Source: Tubulanus polymorphus
Taxonomy: Eukaryota; Animalia; Nemertea
Length of the DNA stretch: 64,000 nt
NCBI RefSeq assembly: GCF_964204645.1
Contig: NC_134029.1
Span: 8,396,850-8,460,849, forward strand
Direction: 5' to 3'
Part shown: positions 26,489-41,116 of the stretch, in pieces
Position numbering within the stretch: the first letter of the stretch is position 1
How the letters are laid out: each line of letters begins with the position of its first letter
Notes under the pieces: model-generated
What the model was told of the DNA's origin: nothing
What the model saw: only the letters and a program-made list of their open reading frames with translations
Databases searched by the model: none
Position numbers and translations under genes: made by a program

Positions 26489-29400
26489 AGATGCACAATT
26501 CAATCACAGCTGATCACGTTAATCGGATACAATATCATTTACTAATTTAATTTAGCAAATAATACTTCCAACTGGATATAACTGGGAGACATTGATGGCA
26601 CATTGTAGAAATGAGAACATGTGCAACTCCTTGCATTAATGGCATCACTTTTGGATCATCGCTGGCAGTGGCAGAGGTCCTGAGCTAAGCCCCGCTCAGG
26701 TCAACCTACAACACAACTGGATGTCCAGCGACTGGCAGCGTTTTTCAGCGGCCGATTAGTCACCACCTGACCACATCTAACAATACATTTCTTTTTTGAA
26801 AATGCATCGGAAGCCTGTGATGCACTTAGATCCGATTTGATCATCTGCGATTTGTCTTAAGAGATAAAAAATTGTACGAATTACACCAATACACTGCAGT
26901 GCGATGTACTAGCAAAGTCAGTCACCGATTTATACACCGCACTGCAGTGTAGACGCACTGAAAGGGTTAAGAGTTGCCGATTCGGCCAAGACTCATTTGT
27001 CAGATCTTAGCTACACTCAGGTTTCCTGAGATCCACACTCATTTAGAAGCGAACAGTTAAGTCATGTGACACTCCGGTCACCTAAGATCCAATCCGATTA
27101 ACAAATAGAACATGTCCGATCGGCTTACAACTGGTCTTCGATCAGTTTTAACGATCTTTCATACACTCATGTCGCAAAAAAATTCCCAACTGAGAAATTG
27201 GCAACTGGTTGCTGATTCCTTACGATCCGGCAATCAGGTCAGATCTTACGCGACCTGACTTAGGCTTAAATGAAAATTTGAGTCTTTTGTGCATTAATCT
27301 TGCAATGGCGAATAAACAGTCTCTTCAGAGATGTGCGTATCTTATCTTAGAAGGTGTCTTCAATCTAGAATGAATGCATATAACCCGCAATTCTTCCCAA
27401 CAAGAGGAAACGGGTGACTTTTAGCGGGTGAAAGCGCCAATCCCTCACGTGTTTATGTACGTATATTTGATATACACACAGAGAACTAGCCATTAGCAGC
27501 TGCTGGTATCTCTACCAAATGATATGAAAAGGTAATTGAATGAAGGGGTTGACTGCCATCTGCTAAAGTATAGTTCATACAAATAATATCTATAAAGCAT
27601 CAACAACGCGGGCGCGGACGGGAATATATATATAATATATAGTGAAGTGAAGAGCCAACGAACATTGTTAAAGTAAATATGTAGTTGTGATAGGAGATGA
27701 TATGCGATAACCCAAAATACAGAAAACATGTTTTAGCGCACATGCATCGCAGGTTGGGTTGCATTGCAACACCTTTATTTCGTCATTGCATTCTTTTATG
27801 AATAGAATTATGAAATTCCTGGGGGGGGGCCTTCTACCGGATACCTGATCATTCCATCAAATTTACACTTTTATTGAGGTTACGTGAAGGTTTACAGGCC
27901 TATGCCGAGCTATTTTGAGAAGAAGTGACTTTTTACCGTGAATAGGGGCACTTTCCTATTGAAAATAGACAGTTGTTAAATATGATTTTTTCGATAACAT
28001 AAACTTAAACAACGTCTGATTTATAATTTTCATTAAATTTATAACATTTATCTCCAATATCCAAAAATAACATATTTACAAACAAATAGAAAGATTAATT
28101 GAAAACTTTAGGGAAACTGAAATTTCCAGGAATGTAAAAAAAAACAAAATTTGGACCAAAACAAATGTGGAACTTGGATTTGAAAAGGGGGTCATCCACA
28201 CCACTCGCACCCCCTCTGGGTGACCAGCTCTGGTGAGGCCTGGAGCATTTACCTTAACGAACTATCAGAACTAACAGCTAAATTGATTTAAGATCAACTG
28301 AATTAAAGAAGAAATGTAATGGACTGAAGAGTATAAACTTTTTGTGAACTGCAGGGCCCGTGGATGGGGTCGAACTAGGTAATTCAAGTGCCCATTATGC
28401 CCTACAGATGGCAGCATCTCCTAAAGCAGAAATATGCCGAGAGACTGAGCGTCAGGTAGAGGTGGCATGTACTCCAATGTAGTATTAATGACCGATCAGA
28501 CCTCTTCTCGTCAAACCCCAACATGTACGATGATAATTCGATCAAGCCGATGACTGAAATTCAATTTAGCGCAAATCGCGCAAAGTGGCCACTTTTCATT
28601 ATTTACCAACACAAATGCAAAATACCGTTGAGAATGACAGTGAGTGTAATACTTAAACAAATGAAACGTATATTGATGTCGATATACACAATTTTGGGCT
28701 GTTCGGACATTGCCGAATCAATCAATCACTGAATTGTAGCTGAATTTTTTATCAATTTTCGCCGATAAATTCTTGAAATAAAATACGCTGAATCGATGTG
28801 AATTTTACGTATATTCTGAAGAAATCTTCCAAAGTGGGCACAGATTCGATCGAATTTAGCAATAAGATTCATATTCAAGTATCGTTATCGCTAATGTTGC
28901 TTGTTAATCTAATATTGCGCCACTGACCTGATATAGGATATCGTTTATTATATGATAATTTAACGAAATAAGTGAAATTAGAGAAAAAACTGACAATTAT
29001 CTTAAAATTCAGCGAATTAGTAGTTCAGCAATTAAGCAGAGTTGACTCTGAACGATGATTTTGTACATGAACTCAATACAATACACATTCATACGCATCT
29101 AGTTCAAACCGTTTTTCCCGCCGGCTGTCCAGTGCAACCCGCATACACGCAACTTGAGCCCAAATACCTGGTTACAGTTTTTTTAGAGCGAAGTCATATT
29201 TAGAAAATATTCTAGAAGTCAGTATACGCATTTTGCGAACATTCTTTGATGGAAAAGTTGATAGGAAAGTATGCGTCTATTATACTTGTATTTCAATCCC
29301 TCGGACATAGCTGTTCTATATTCATTTCGTGAATGGCACGCACCATCAGATATAGGTTCATCAGAAGACACAGCCACCCAACAATTCAATGCCCGACAAT

Positions 29401-30147
29401 TCAATGCCCGATCCTGCCACCAACCAGCTGACTGAAGTTGAGTAATCATTTGTAACACCGACTTTAAGGGGGCTCGAAAATTTCTAAGAAAATCTGATGA
29501 TACCCAACAACTGTTTAATTCTACGCACACGCTTCTCTTATTGTGCGAATCAAGTAAAGTAAAGTTTAATTTCATAAGGAATCCAGCGAAAACAAACCCC
29601 CGGTAATCTGGTGTTAGATAATCTTACGCTTATTTAGTGCTATTCAAGATCGATCCTTTGTAATTGTAAGGAAGGAAGATCCCAAATATAGATACGCGGG
29701 CGTTCTGTTCTGTCCTCCTGTCCAATTAACAAACAGTTCCTTTAACGCCTGGTTGGGACACACACACACTAAGTACAGCCGTGCCAACAAAATGACCCCT
29801 CCCGGGCGATAAAAATGTCGTCTCATAACTTTCGCCAATTATACATGGATAACTCTATTATCACCCGAACGTACATAGAAGATGAATTAGACCATCTCTC
29901 GATGAATCAGCTGGGAATAGATTAATCGTCATCGGATGCTATTTCGATCGGATTGCCCAGAGAAAACAGAAGTACCCGTGCTCGCTCGAGCACTCCAAAT
30001 ATAGTCGTCGTCTTCCCGTTTGTCAAAATCCATTCTTTAAATTTTGCTACATTGATTTCAGCTTTGTCAAATGATGCAGTACACCCATCATTTGTACTGA
30101 AGTTGAAGTTGTTCAGGGCTTAATTAGGCGCCAACAAAATTTACCCC

Positions 30148-30390
30148 AATCAGTCGCTTGCTGGTTTAGACTATTTGGACAATTGCTTGGATGAACCGGA
30201 AAGAAAATTTTCAATTATGCATTAATTTCAAAAAAGAATTCTGTAAATTTGTCGACGCCAATCCCACAACCATATCTGCACTTCGATTTCCGATATAAAA
30301 ATCAAACCCCCTTTTAGGCTCCCTGCAGGTGTGGTGGGTTTATATATGGGACACCAAATCAAAACAAATCAAATCTAGCGATTAAATAAT
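30148..30390 (+). mobile_element. Dispersed repeat family E, second copy
   Basis: AATCAGTCGCTTGC.GGTT.AGACT...GATGAACCGGAA...GCAGGTGTGGTGGGT...GGGACAC is shared with 25815-26064. Confidence 0.65.
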
Positions 30391-31294
30391 ACCGTTATGG
30401 AGATGAAATTCCATTTAAATGCCAAATCCCTTTTTAATAATGAACATAGACCATTTTATTCTGAAATTCATTCGCTTCATTCCATGTATTGTTTGACCGT
30501 GATTTTAGAGTAGATGATTTGACGGAATAGGAATTTGAGGAGAAAAATGAAATTTCGAGGAATAAAGTAATTACTAAGAGATGTCAATTGCATATATATT
30601 CCTATCTAAGCAGGTGATGTGTGTGGGACAGGATGAGGCAAATGACGAACAATGGCTTCTCATATTCAATCCACAACCCACATAGCCCGTGGCCATGCCA
30701 AAATCGCCACCAATCACAGATTCAGTCTTTGATTATTATATAAGGTTTCAAACTACTTTAGCCTCGCCTACAGGTAAAACACGCTCACTAATCCAGAGAG
30801 TTCATTTAGGCGGCTTCCGTTATTGTTGATTTTAAGCGCGGTAACCACCAGTATCTACTATAGCCACACCAAACAGGATGGACCACTACCTAATTCCTAC
30901 ATCCTGCCAGTAAGAGATGAAACCCACACCTAATTAAATCATTGTAATGATTGAAATCCTGTGTCAGAAATCGCATCCTATGTGAAAATTACCCAACCCT
31001 CCAAACGCCCCCTCCCACAAACCTTTATCAATGAAACATCTAATTATGGAGTAAATCTTGGATGTGTTAACTACATTGGTAGAGATTTATCTATGACTTA
31101 ACTAATCTATACAGTCGGAAAAGTTAAAATGTCAGAAGGAAATGCACTGAGAATCGAGCAAACATGAGAATTTATTAACATTGGACATGACAACGCAATG
31201 TATTCCTAGAGAAATGAAATTAGAATGTGAATCAGTAATTTGTGAAAGGCAAGAAATTGATCAACATCAGGACATGCTACTAGTCTACATGCTA

Positions 31295-31502
31295 CAAGAT
31301 ACTAAACAATGCTTAAGCAAAACGAAGCGAGTCACTTCCGGAACCACTTGCAATTCAATATTACCCACGCTAAAATTTGACTCGGGGCCTGGTCCGATGC
31401 TTTTGGTCAGGCCAAATTTTGCCCAGGCCAAACAGGCATGGGCCCATTTTGCACCTGGGTGAACAGTTGTTCCGGGCCAAAAATGCTCGTAGGATCGTGG
31501 CT
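31295..31502 (-). mobile_element. Family A MITE fragment
   Basis: GATACTAAACAATGCTTAA...CCGGGCCAAAAATGCTCGTAGGATCGTGGCT. Further short fragments lie at ~32464, ~36228, ~45203, ~58400 and ~60583. Confidence 0.75.
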
Positions 31503-33347
31503 TATATTAGCCAGGAAGACGCCTACTACAAATTTTCGCATCTTACCAGAGAATAAGCATTACCATTCATCGATGTCCTATAACTGTCATATAAAAATTA
31601 GCCAGACAAATTTACAACAGAATTTTTATTGCCGTAATCCTACACGATAATTGTCTGAGGACAATAAATAAGGGACAACGCGTTGTATTAACATTTCTAC
31701 TCTAGATGCAGCAGGTGTTGAGGCATTATTCATCATCCGAATCAGGAATATTATTATTGGCCTTTCTCCTTTTCGAATCATCCCGATATTGTAGTATCTC
31801 ATTCGTAACAATACCGAATAGAGACCAGACCCGAGAAATACATCCGGTTCAACTGCACGCGATATCGAGATTTGATGAAAAAATAGGCTAAAAATTTAAA
31901 TCTGAATCCTTTTCACATTTTTATGCACGGCCTTTCTTTTCTTATTAATTTTTTCGTCTCAAAATACGAATCACGATTTTTGGGCGCAAATCACAGGACA
32001 AAACTTAAAACCAGGCATCAGCGTGCAACAAACAACATAGTTTCACGGTCAACGATCTATTGGCTATTAAGATGCGGCTATGAATGCGGCGAAGAGGTGC
32101 AATTTTGCGATTATTCAATTTTCCGAAGATATCAAGCAGAACATGTGTCAAATCGACAGCCAATTACGAGCCGAACAACAAAAACGAGATCGGTTTTCCG
32201 ATGCAAGGTCCAGGATGTCTGCTGCACATCGTCCGGGCCTCCGCGTCTTTGTATGCGATACGCACGGTGTTCTCCCAGTTGCGCAATTCCCTAGCATACA
32301 AAAGACTACGATCCCCCTCCCCTGATGATGATGATAAAATAGGTAAATCCCATAACATGACCAAATCAAAATATTGGCTATACCATGGACTCTAAAAGTG
32401 AAACTTCTATGGTCATACTTACCAAAAGATTTGATTGATCGAATTTGTGAGTCCTTGCGCTATAGCTGTGATCACACGGAGACGATTTGGCCCGCATCAA
32501 ATTTCCTTGCGCCTAATTGAAGAGCGCATTCACAGGGTACTATTACACAGCCATGCGCTTTTTCCACATGACAGCCCCATATTGATAGCAAAATCACAAT
32601 AAGTGATTTACACGATTTTAGTGGTCGTGTTTGACATAAATAATGCGAAAACCAGAATTACTCACTGTATATATATCTATATGGAATACAATGAAGTTAC
32701 TTTTGATGCAACATGTTTCATTTCAAAAACCTTTTTACCATCACAATTGAAATAAAGACTTGCACAAACAACATATTTCATGCGTACTGAATGTAAACAG
32801 TGGCCGTATTTACCATGACGGCTGTTATTTGAATATTTCAGTAATATTTCGGAATATGTCGCATAATTAATTAGCTCTATGATCCGAAATATCTGGAAAC
32901 GCCTGAATTTGATTTTGACTTTAATTTCGACAAGAACGTAGATTATAATTCGTTATCTAGGTCCACTTGCTCCGAGCCAGTATTTTCTTTAAAAAAAATC
33001 TAACAAAAAAGAAAGATGTCAGGAAAGAAAGAAGAAACCTAGAGTCTAGACAAAAATGATGGCGAACGTAACAAAGAAAAGAAAGAACAGGAAGGCAGCT
33101 GTGTGTAATTGGAGCGCATTTTTAATCGATGACAAAGACTCCAGTAACACACTGTCAATCAATTGAAAATTGGAACTGTAAAAAATTGCGCAGTCTAGTT
33201 TGTTTTTATATGCAGGCCCCTGACGATCTCATCTAAAAGAACATCGCAAATCAATCAGAATTCTCACCAACTTTTCATGGTTTCAAATAACGGATATACC
33301 ATCTTCTAGATATTGATACTAATCTTGCTTTGTTAATGGTACTTTCT

Positions 33348-33712
33348 AACAAGAGGTGAGCACATCTGAGCACGCTCGGTCAGATGGTAAGCAAAGTCGT
33401 AGTCGGTCATGTGGGATGATATCATGACCTAGTTTGGTCATGGTTTTTAGTGATGCCAGTGAAATGACATGAATAATGAGTAATGACATGAAATATGAAG
33501 TTTTATCTGGAAAACTTGCATCGATGACCAAAATATATAATTTCAGAATCCAAGATGGCCGCCAATTGGCCATCTTGGATGACATCATGACCAAATTTGG
33601 TCATATTTTGATACACCATTCCATTTCACATTCTCATATGAAAAATGAAAGCTCTACATGGTTGATCACCACCAAGAGACCTACGGCTACAGCATAAGCC
33701 CTTGGGCTGAAA
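33348..33712 (+). mobile_element. Short, apparently complete HINE/Helentron-like element
   Basis: 5' AACAAGAGG start, internal TCCAAGATGGCCGCCAATTGGCCATCTTGGA dyad, and a 3' hairpin AGCCC-TT-GGGCT followed by an A-run. Confidence 0.6.
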
Positions 33713-34351
33713 ATGTATACGTAAACTTCGGCTAATGTCAGCACCTTTTGGATATTCAAGGATTACATATCTTAAGATTCAGATATTTTCTCAACTAAAA
33801 TCAGCAGCTTCAACATCATCCATTCACATATATTATCGTCACCTTTCACCAATCTAAATCTCAATATGAACTGAATTCGTCGGTTCCAAATCGAGATCAA
33901 AACATCCTGAATCGAGAGCTTAATCAAATCTGCGCTAACAGGCTTCAGGTTGGGGTCAGTCGACAGTTAAGGAGACACCTTCAGTTTACCAATCTCTGTC
34001 GAGAGGCCTCGGCATGTAGACACTCGAATCAATGAAATCAATGAAGTCACGAAACGAGTGTATCATCTAATTAAAAGCAGAGAAAACCGCAGAATGGAGA
34101 GCGCCGTCGCCGCCATCGTCCGCGTGCATGCGTTTTACAAGAACACGAGTAACGGTAAAATATTTAGATTGAAGTGCATAACAAACTTAATAAAAGGATG
34201 TATACATTAATTTATTTATGAATTTAATGACTCTCACAATATATTTGAATATTAAAGTGAAAGAGAACAGTACAAAAACGCAATATAGCAATGCAGCGCT
34301 ATAGAAGCTGTGTAATGCAATACAGCGATATAAAAACAGGATCGTATAGCA

Positions 34352-34740
34352 AGGATCAGGTCCGAGTCAAACTCGGCCCATGCCTAATTAGAGAGCGGGC
34401 TTACACGTAAACCACTGACTTGATACTAAACAATGCTCAAACAAAGCGAAGTGAGTCAATTCCAGTTGCAATTCATATGCAGTAATTGGACCAGTCCTAA
34501 AATCAGTCCATATCTGGTCTAATGTTTTTGGTCGGGCCAAATTTGACTTGGGCCTGTTTGAGCTGGACCAAACATGTCGGACCTGACTCAAGCCAAATTT
34601 CAGCATGGGTCAAGTAAGTGCATGAGAATGCTTACTTGTTCCATAGGTGACTCGCGTTGCTTTATCGCGGCATCGTTTAGTATCAAATCAGTAGTCTAAT
34701 TAGGCATGAGCCATTCTTGACTTAGGCCTGATCCCGACTG
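34352..34740. mobile_element. Two family A fragments in opposite orientation
   Basis: 34352-~34560 matches the 41117 orientation and ~34565-34740 matches the reverse. Confidence 0.7.
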
Positions 34741-35120
34741 AATCATCTCTGCGTGTTCATGGCTCATGTGTATTGCAATACATTCAAATAAACTGCGTAC
34801 AATGCAATAGAGCGATACAGCCAAAATAAGTTGAGTGAACCCCAATACAGCGATATGGCTAAGAATAAGCTGTTTATAGCATATATAGTTAGCTACTTTG
34901 AGACGAAATTCCATTATTTCAGAAAAAAATTCTTATGAAAACAACTGAGAAATCGAACGCGTTATTGACCTGAATTCTGGATATCTTGCTCACAGCTTCA
35001 GTTCATTTCGTCAATAAATTGGAAATATCGACGTTTTCATGAGAATTCGCGATGAAGCGTTCATTTTCAGTAGAGTATATTCCAGATCAAATTCAAACAC
35101 ATTCGTTATAATAAATGACT

Positions 35121-35272
35121 AGCGAAACACCCGTGGCATGAAACACCAGTGGTGCGAAAGACACATGGCACAAAACGACCATGGCGCGAAACACGTGGCA
35201 TAAAACACCCATGGAAACAGAAATACCCATGGCGCAACACACCCAGAGAAACAGAACACCGATGGAAACAGG
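35121..35272. repeat. Degenerate ~16-bp minisatellite
   Basis: Repeated GAAACACCC(A/G)TGGCAC-like units. Confidence 0.7.
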
Positions 35273-37732
35273 CTTTGGAGGCCAGAACTTCAAAACCTTC
35301 GATTTATTGCCCATGATTAAAGAATGCAAAGATATTCATTATGGCAATTCCCATAGAGACTATACGGGAGCACAGGAACTTGGATTACATACCTGTTTCC
35401 AAGTATTGCTTAACAGTGTTTCTTGTTTGGGAATAACAGTCATTAAACAAAGCCATGAATTCTATCAAACCATTCATCAAATGTAGATATAGATGGTGAT
35501 ATAGATTTTTGCCTTATCTCATAGTCGAATAGGTCTCTGCCCTTAGTAGCTGCTATTACGAAAATTGCGATTTGTTTCTTGCGACAAATTCAGTTCAGTA
35601 TCATTCACAACCAGACGCAACCAGAAAATCAATAAGCACAGGATATTACGCATCTTGTTCATTGAAATACGTAACAATTTTCACTTTGTCCAAAACACAT
35701 TCAACATGATTTCGTTCATACGAAAGAAATACGTTACTAGAGTTAATACATTTTTTTCTCATCCTCATAACATTCGTCGGACTCGAAAACGCCCGGTGTC
35801 GAGTGACGACTTATAGTGTGTTCTGCATACGGCTCCGACATCCGAAGAAATGCTAGAAATAAATACACTTTCAAATATGCGTTATGGGCGAACATGAAAA
35901 GAATTATGTTTCCTGAAACTAATCAAGATATTCATCTACGCTCGGCGTCGAACGATGTTATAGCCTCGTAAAGGGAGTTCGCGGATGCAAGGTGAATACA
36001 CAAGGCCGATGCAGGCGCAAAGCTCGCCGCGTACTTGGCGCCACCAGCGCGGAGGCCGCGCGTTGAGCGGTCGAACCGACTTTTCAGACGATAAACCACC
36101 CCCCCCCCCCGTTATTACATTGCAGGCGGTTTCACGTTAAGGGCAAGGTCACCGCAGTCATGGCACCGCATAAATGAAATTACGCGATTGTTTCTTTTTC
36201 GCGTAGTGATGAAACCTAGCGAGATAAGCCGTGATCACGCGGAGATGATTTAGCCCGGATTAAACCAAGTCAAATTCGGCCATGCCTCTTATCATAGAGA
36301 GCGCGCTCACACGTAAACACTTACTAAAGTGGAATTGTATTAGTTTCCTTTTTCATGTATGAATTCGTTCCAAATATTGTGATCATTCAATTGATTCCTT
36401 TTCCGAATGAAAACAGACACCAAATTCTACAATACATGATTCACAATTCTTATAGCGGCACATGGACCCAGAGAAATTCCCTGTATTTAAGAAAGGGGCA
36501 CAATAAGGATCAGCCTCCCTATATCTTAAGACGTGAGACATGTTGAAGATCCAAAGCATTTAAAGTCGTAAAAGAGTTTGAAGATACGATGTGAAAATTC
36601 TATAATTGGTTACGTTTGCAGGTTATAGTACACATCACTATATTAGTCTCAGTATGATAGACTTAAACGGCCCTTTGAAATTATAGCTACATCAAACAGG
36701 GTGTGTATATTATCTGGTATCAGATAGAAACACAAGCCTGAAATTCTATACAAAACGAAATCTGAAAATTTCATTCAAAGCTTTCGACGCGGTAACTGAA
36801 TTAGTTTATAGCTATATCATACGTGTTGAACGCGTGCTGTGATATCGGCGCGCATTGAAAGTGAATCTCGCATTGGAAAAAAATCCGACAAAAGATGAAC
36901 TCTACGTTTGCACCGAGGATCCGCCGATTCCCAGGCACGAACGACGGACTCCGTGGATTCCACTTTCTAACGAATCTCGCATTCGCCCCGAGGCTTCGAA
37001 AATGCAACCGGTTAAATCACCGCGGTATGCGTTTACGTGTATAAATCGTGTATACGTATATATAGATGCGTATTTTTTCTTTTTGTGGAGTTTTTAACGA
37101 TGATTTCAGAGATCGCCGCGGGCATGGTCTCCAGCAGCACGACACGATCCATTAAAGATAACTAGTGTACCTATACGCAGCACGGGCGCACGCGGCTGTA
37201 TTGCATATCAAAACATATTCGTTTGCACAAATAGTATCACCTTTGCACAAACGACACAAATTGTGTTTGGAAAAAGTGGATGAAGGAAAAACTGATTGGT
37301 TGATGATTTTATATATATATACTTATTACGGCTGACTGTGGATTCCCTGCGGTGTCGTAAAGGTCAGTTTGAAAGACAAAGAATTGACGGGTGCGCATTC
37401 GTGAGCGCGACGATTTTGTAATGGGATCGATCGTACCCACGTGCGCACGTACGTCTGTGCCCGCCGGTGGCGTTGTGAACTATCGCCGAATTGATACGCG
37501 AATCCCCCCCCCCCCCCCAATAATCAAACTTCCAAAGGTACACACCGTCGGTGCAGAGGGAAGATGTACTAATCGCGCTAGTCACGAGCTAAAATCTATC
37601 TATCGAGTCGTAATAACATATCTTCAGGGGTCGATGCGATGCCGATGGAAGTGTGTTCAGATAGGTGACAGATACCTGCTGTCAGATTTCTAGCTTAGTC
37701 CTTAAAAAGGCTGAATGTTATATCGAAACTAA

Positions 37733-37800
37733 AGCCGCGATCACACGAGCATTTTTGGCCTGATCCGTGCCAATTTGGCCTGGGCCGTGTGATCGCAGCT
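37733..37800 (+). mobile_element. 68-bp internally deleted family A element with TAA target duplication
   Basis: TAA|AGCCGCGATCACACG...CGTGTGATCGCAGCT|TAA. Confidence 0.85.
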
Positions 37801-38515
37801 TAAGTACGATGCAAATGTACATGAACAGCTATCACATATTACGCGACAAAATGGTCTCTGGAGCGAGTTGGACTGAACCAGGAACAACTAATTGCGGATC
37901 GCACTCATCAGGACGACAGTTGCTAGCCTCAGTGTCATGCTCAGGTCATTCATATCAACTTTATAGCCTGGAAACTATTGCAATAAATTTTCTAGAAAGT
38001 GCACTGCATCAGGACCATATTCAATGTTTGTAAATTGCACCAAAAAGTAGTAGCAATCTTTAACATTTTCTGTGGGATGGCTCCTAGACCCTATTTTGTG
38101 TGGATTATGCTCTTTTTAAAAGTTGGTAGATGCCCTTTTTAGAAGTTGGCCCTCAATCCGCCGTTAACAACAAACAAGGAATGTTGATTAAGTCATTAAG
38201 GCTCTTCATGGATCTATAAATAGTGTTGTGTTGTTGCCGTTTATTTCACGTTATCCCTTTTGGAATCTCTATCTTCCTGAAGTACAATCTTCGAATCCCT
38301 TTACATCATTTCTAGATGGCGACACTATCTAATCATAACATTACAAATATATTGACCCTTCCATAAACGATGGCTACCTCCTGTATTCACAATGGCATCA
38401 TCAAATTGCCTACTAGTGATCGGACCTCTTCTCGGATACATTCTTTTAATGACATATCGTGTTTTATGGACACACTTATGGATCCGATCAATGGACATTT
38501 TGATGATTTCGCTCA

Positions 38516-38778
38516 CCCTTTCCATGCTGACCAATTAATTCCCTAAAGTGCTGGAGATAATTCGTAAATGTTTAAAAAATTCCCCTGTGCATCAAATAAC
38601 AGGCATCCACTGTAATGTGTCTACACTGCGGTGCAGTGTATCGTTAGTTACTTGTATCTAACTGTTTGACAGGTGCTGCCATCTTTCATTAGAGATGATA
38701 AACGTTTACGAATTATATCAATAGCAAAGTCCATCACTGATTTACCCACCGCAATGCGGTGTAGTCGCACTGGAAGGG
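38516..38778 (+). mobile_element. piggyBac-like MITE (family B)
   Basis: CCCTTTCCATGCTGAC...AGTGCTGGAGATAATT...ACAGGTGCTGCCATCTTTCA...GCACTGGAAGGG|TTAA. Confidence 0.8.
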
Positions 38779-39322
38779 TTAAAAGAGCAGCTGACAAACA
38801 TTTTCCTAATACGCGATCGTATTTCTAAAAACGATGTCAATAAAGAGCGATAGCTGGATATTTTAAATTCATTACGTAACCGCAGTCCCGCCGGCAAACG
38901 AATAAATCATATCCCATTTTGAATGCGACGTCGCTTCAATGGAAAAAAAGAAATATCCTTATACATTACTAGGAAAATTTATCAATGGTTTCGAAAGAAC
39001 AATTTGTATATCGGAAAAGAAATTACGAACGAGTGACCGAACGTTTCGCTCCCCGCGAGGCCGGTCAATGTTCGGCGCGTCGTTGACTTATGGGGGTCGA
39101 GATAAATCCATATTTGATCTTATGACACAATTGGTTATCTCGTATTGGCTCATTAAGGCGCTACGACTACGACGCACAGCCGTACGGCTCCTCGTACGCG
39201 TTTAAATATTTTACGACGACGCATTTTCGTCGCGCATTTTCTGCCGTCGTTCGCGAATCGCACCCGCGGGGTGTAGTTCTCTTCATTAAGCCGGGTTTTA
39301 ACGATCAACTTAAGCTTTATTC

Positions 39323-39400
39323 GAGAGAGAGGAGAGAGAGAGGGGGAGAGAGAGAGGGGGAGAGAGAGAGGGGGAGAGAGAGAGGGAGAGGGGGAGGGGA
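39323..39400. repeat. Pure polypurine (GA/GGA) tract
   Basis: About 78 nt containing only G and A on the + strand. Confidence 0.95.
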
Positions 39401-41116
39401 CTACAGCTAAATAAATCCTTCAGCTACAAGATTATTTGCTCAAATAGAGACGGAGTGTACAGTCTCAACAGATGATCCCTGATTTGGTCACTTTACTCGC
39501 TCAGCAGAAGCGACACCGACTGGTTGGCTGATCGGGACGCACAATCATTAATCTTTTCCTTCCAGACGTCCGTGTACCGATCTCATATTGTGTACATCGT
39601 ATAGATTTATTTACTAATGTACGCGGCGAATTTTTCAGGCAGACTTCCTCGAAACCGAATCCCGACAGACACAAACACAAAAACAAACACGCTAGAAAAA
39701 TGAGTAAGGAAGTTGACCAGACCATTTTTCATAAACAGTACGTATATAGCTGCGTAAACAAAGTTCATCGGTGTCCATAAATGGAGTCTACATTTTACGA
39801 AAACGACAGGTGTGGCACGAAGAACGGCAGTCGCTTTTACAGACAACAAAATACGGGGAATCGATGTCCGACAGTTCACGGAACGGAGAGGTAAAATATC
39901 CGACTAATCTGTGACGCCGATCCGTTTCAAGATCGCTTGTTTCACATTCGTTCTGGGGAAAAAAAATTAGATTTTAGGACAACATTTCATTCCCGCAACC
40001 GAGACTAGTAGCGTAAAAAGTTAACGCTGTAGGGTAATTTGCGTCCGTGGCTAGCAAAAGTCGCCTCCTGACGTAGTTCCCCATCTACGCCCCTCGATGT
40101 TTTCGTAGTAGATTTCTAAGACTCCGAAATCTGCTTTTTGCTCATCTCTGCTCGTGGCTGTTAAGCTGGTATCGCGTATAACCTATTTCATGATCGATTG
40201 AATGCGAATTGAAAAGCGTTTTTCATACACGTTTACCGAATTTATCTCGTGAATGAGCGAGAAATTCATCGAATGAACGCAGCCGGTGTTATTTATGGGA
40301 TGAATTTTTTTTTTCCTCGAACAGCTCCGTCGACGTCATGATTGTTGTCGTCATCTTTAGCTGTAACTACCGGAGAGACGAACGAGAGGGAGAAAGAAAG
40401 GGAAGGGAGGGGAGAAAGGGAGTGTCTGACAGGGTTCCACATCAGCTGGAATTTCAAAGGCGCTGAAATCTTTTCGTGTATGACATCATGGTCGCTGAAG
40501 AAGCAAGTCTTTCAATCCTGACAAAAAAATACAGAAAATTAAGCTTATTTTGGTGTAATCTTCTATTTTTCGCCTAAGCTCAATATATTTCAAAGCAATT
40601 ATCAGCATTGATAGAATATTGACATCCACTCTGGGGTTGCTGATTTTCAGAGAGGTGGGCATAAAAATGAAAGCCGTAAACATTACGTTGATCGGAAACA
40701 ATGTCGCCGAGAAAAACATATTACTACCCTTAGGTGTCAATCGCAGTCCGAAGTCAATCGAGTGCAAACACCTCGAATCGTCGTCACTTTTGTCTGAAAA
40801 AGGGGCCAACCATTTTTTCCTATATCCATATATTGAGCGCACGGATAGGAAATGGATGAAAACGTCATAAATTGTAGCGCGTTTCATCGAACAAACATCG
40901 CACATATATTCGAGAGTATCCAACGCAATCAATCGAGTGGTTTTTACCGGTAAAAATCGGTCGCTATAAAAAACTGAGATCGATCAGAAGTCATTAAGTC
41001 GAAGTCTTGTATCGATCGAAATATATCAATAATAGTTAAACGACGATAATTCTTGAATATTCGTAAAGATATCGTGATATTTCGGCCCCGTATTCAATTT
41101 CATGTATAGCTTCAAG

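Noticed and set aside
40486-40932. 148-aa minus-strand ORF (longest non-repeat ORF)
   Set aside because: It uses a non-ATG start in the track, has no recognisable motif, and its composition resembles random AT-rich sequence.
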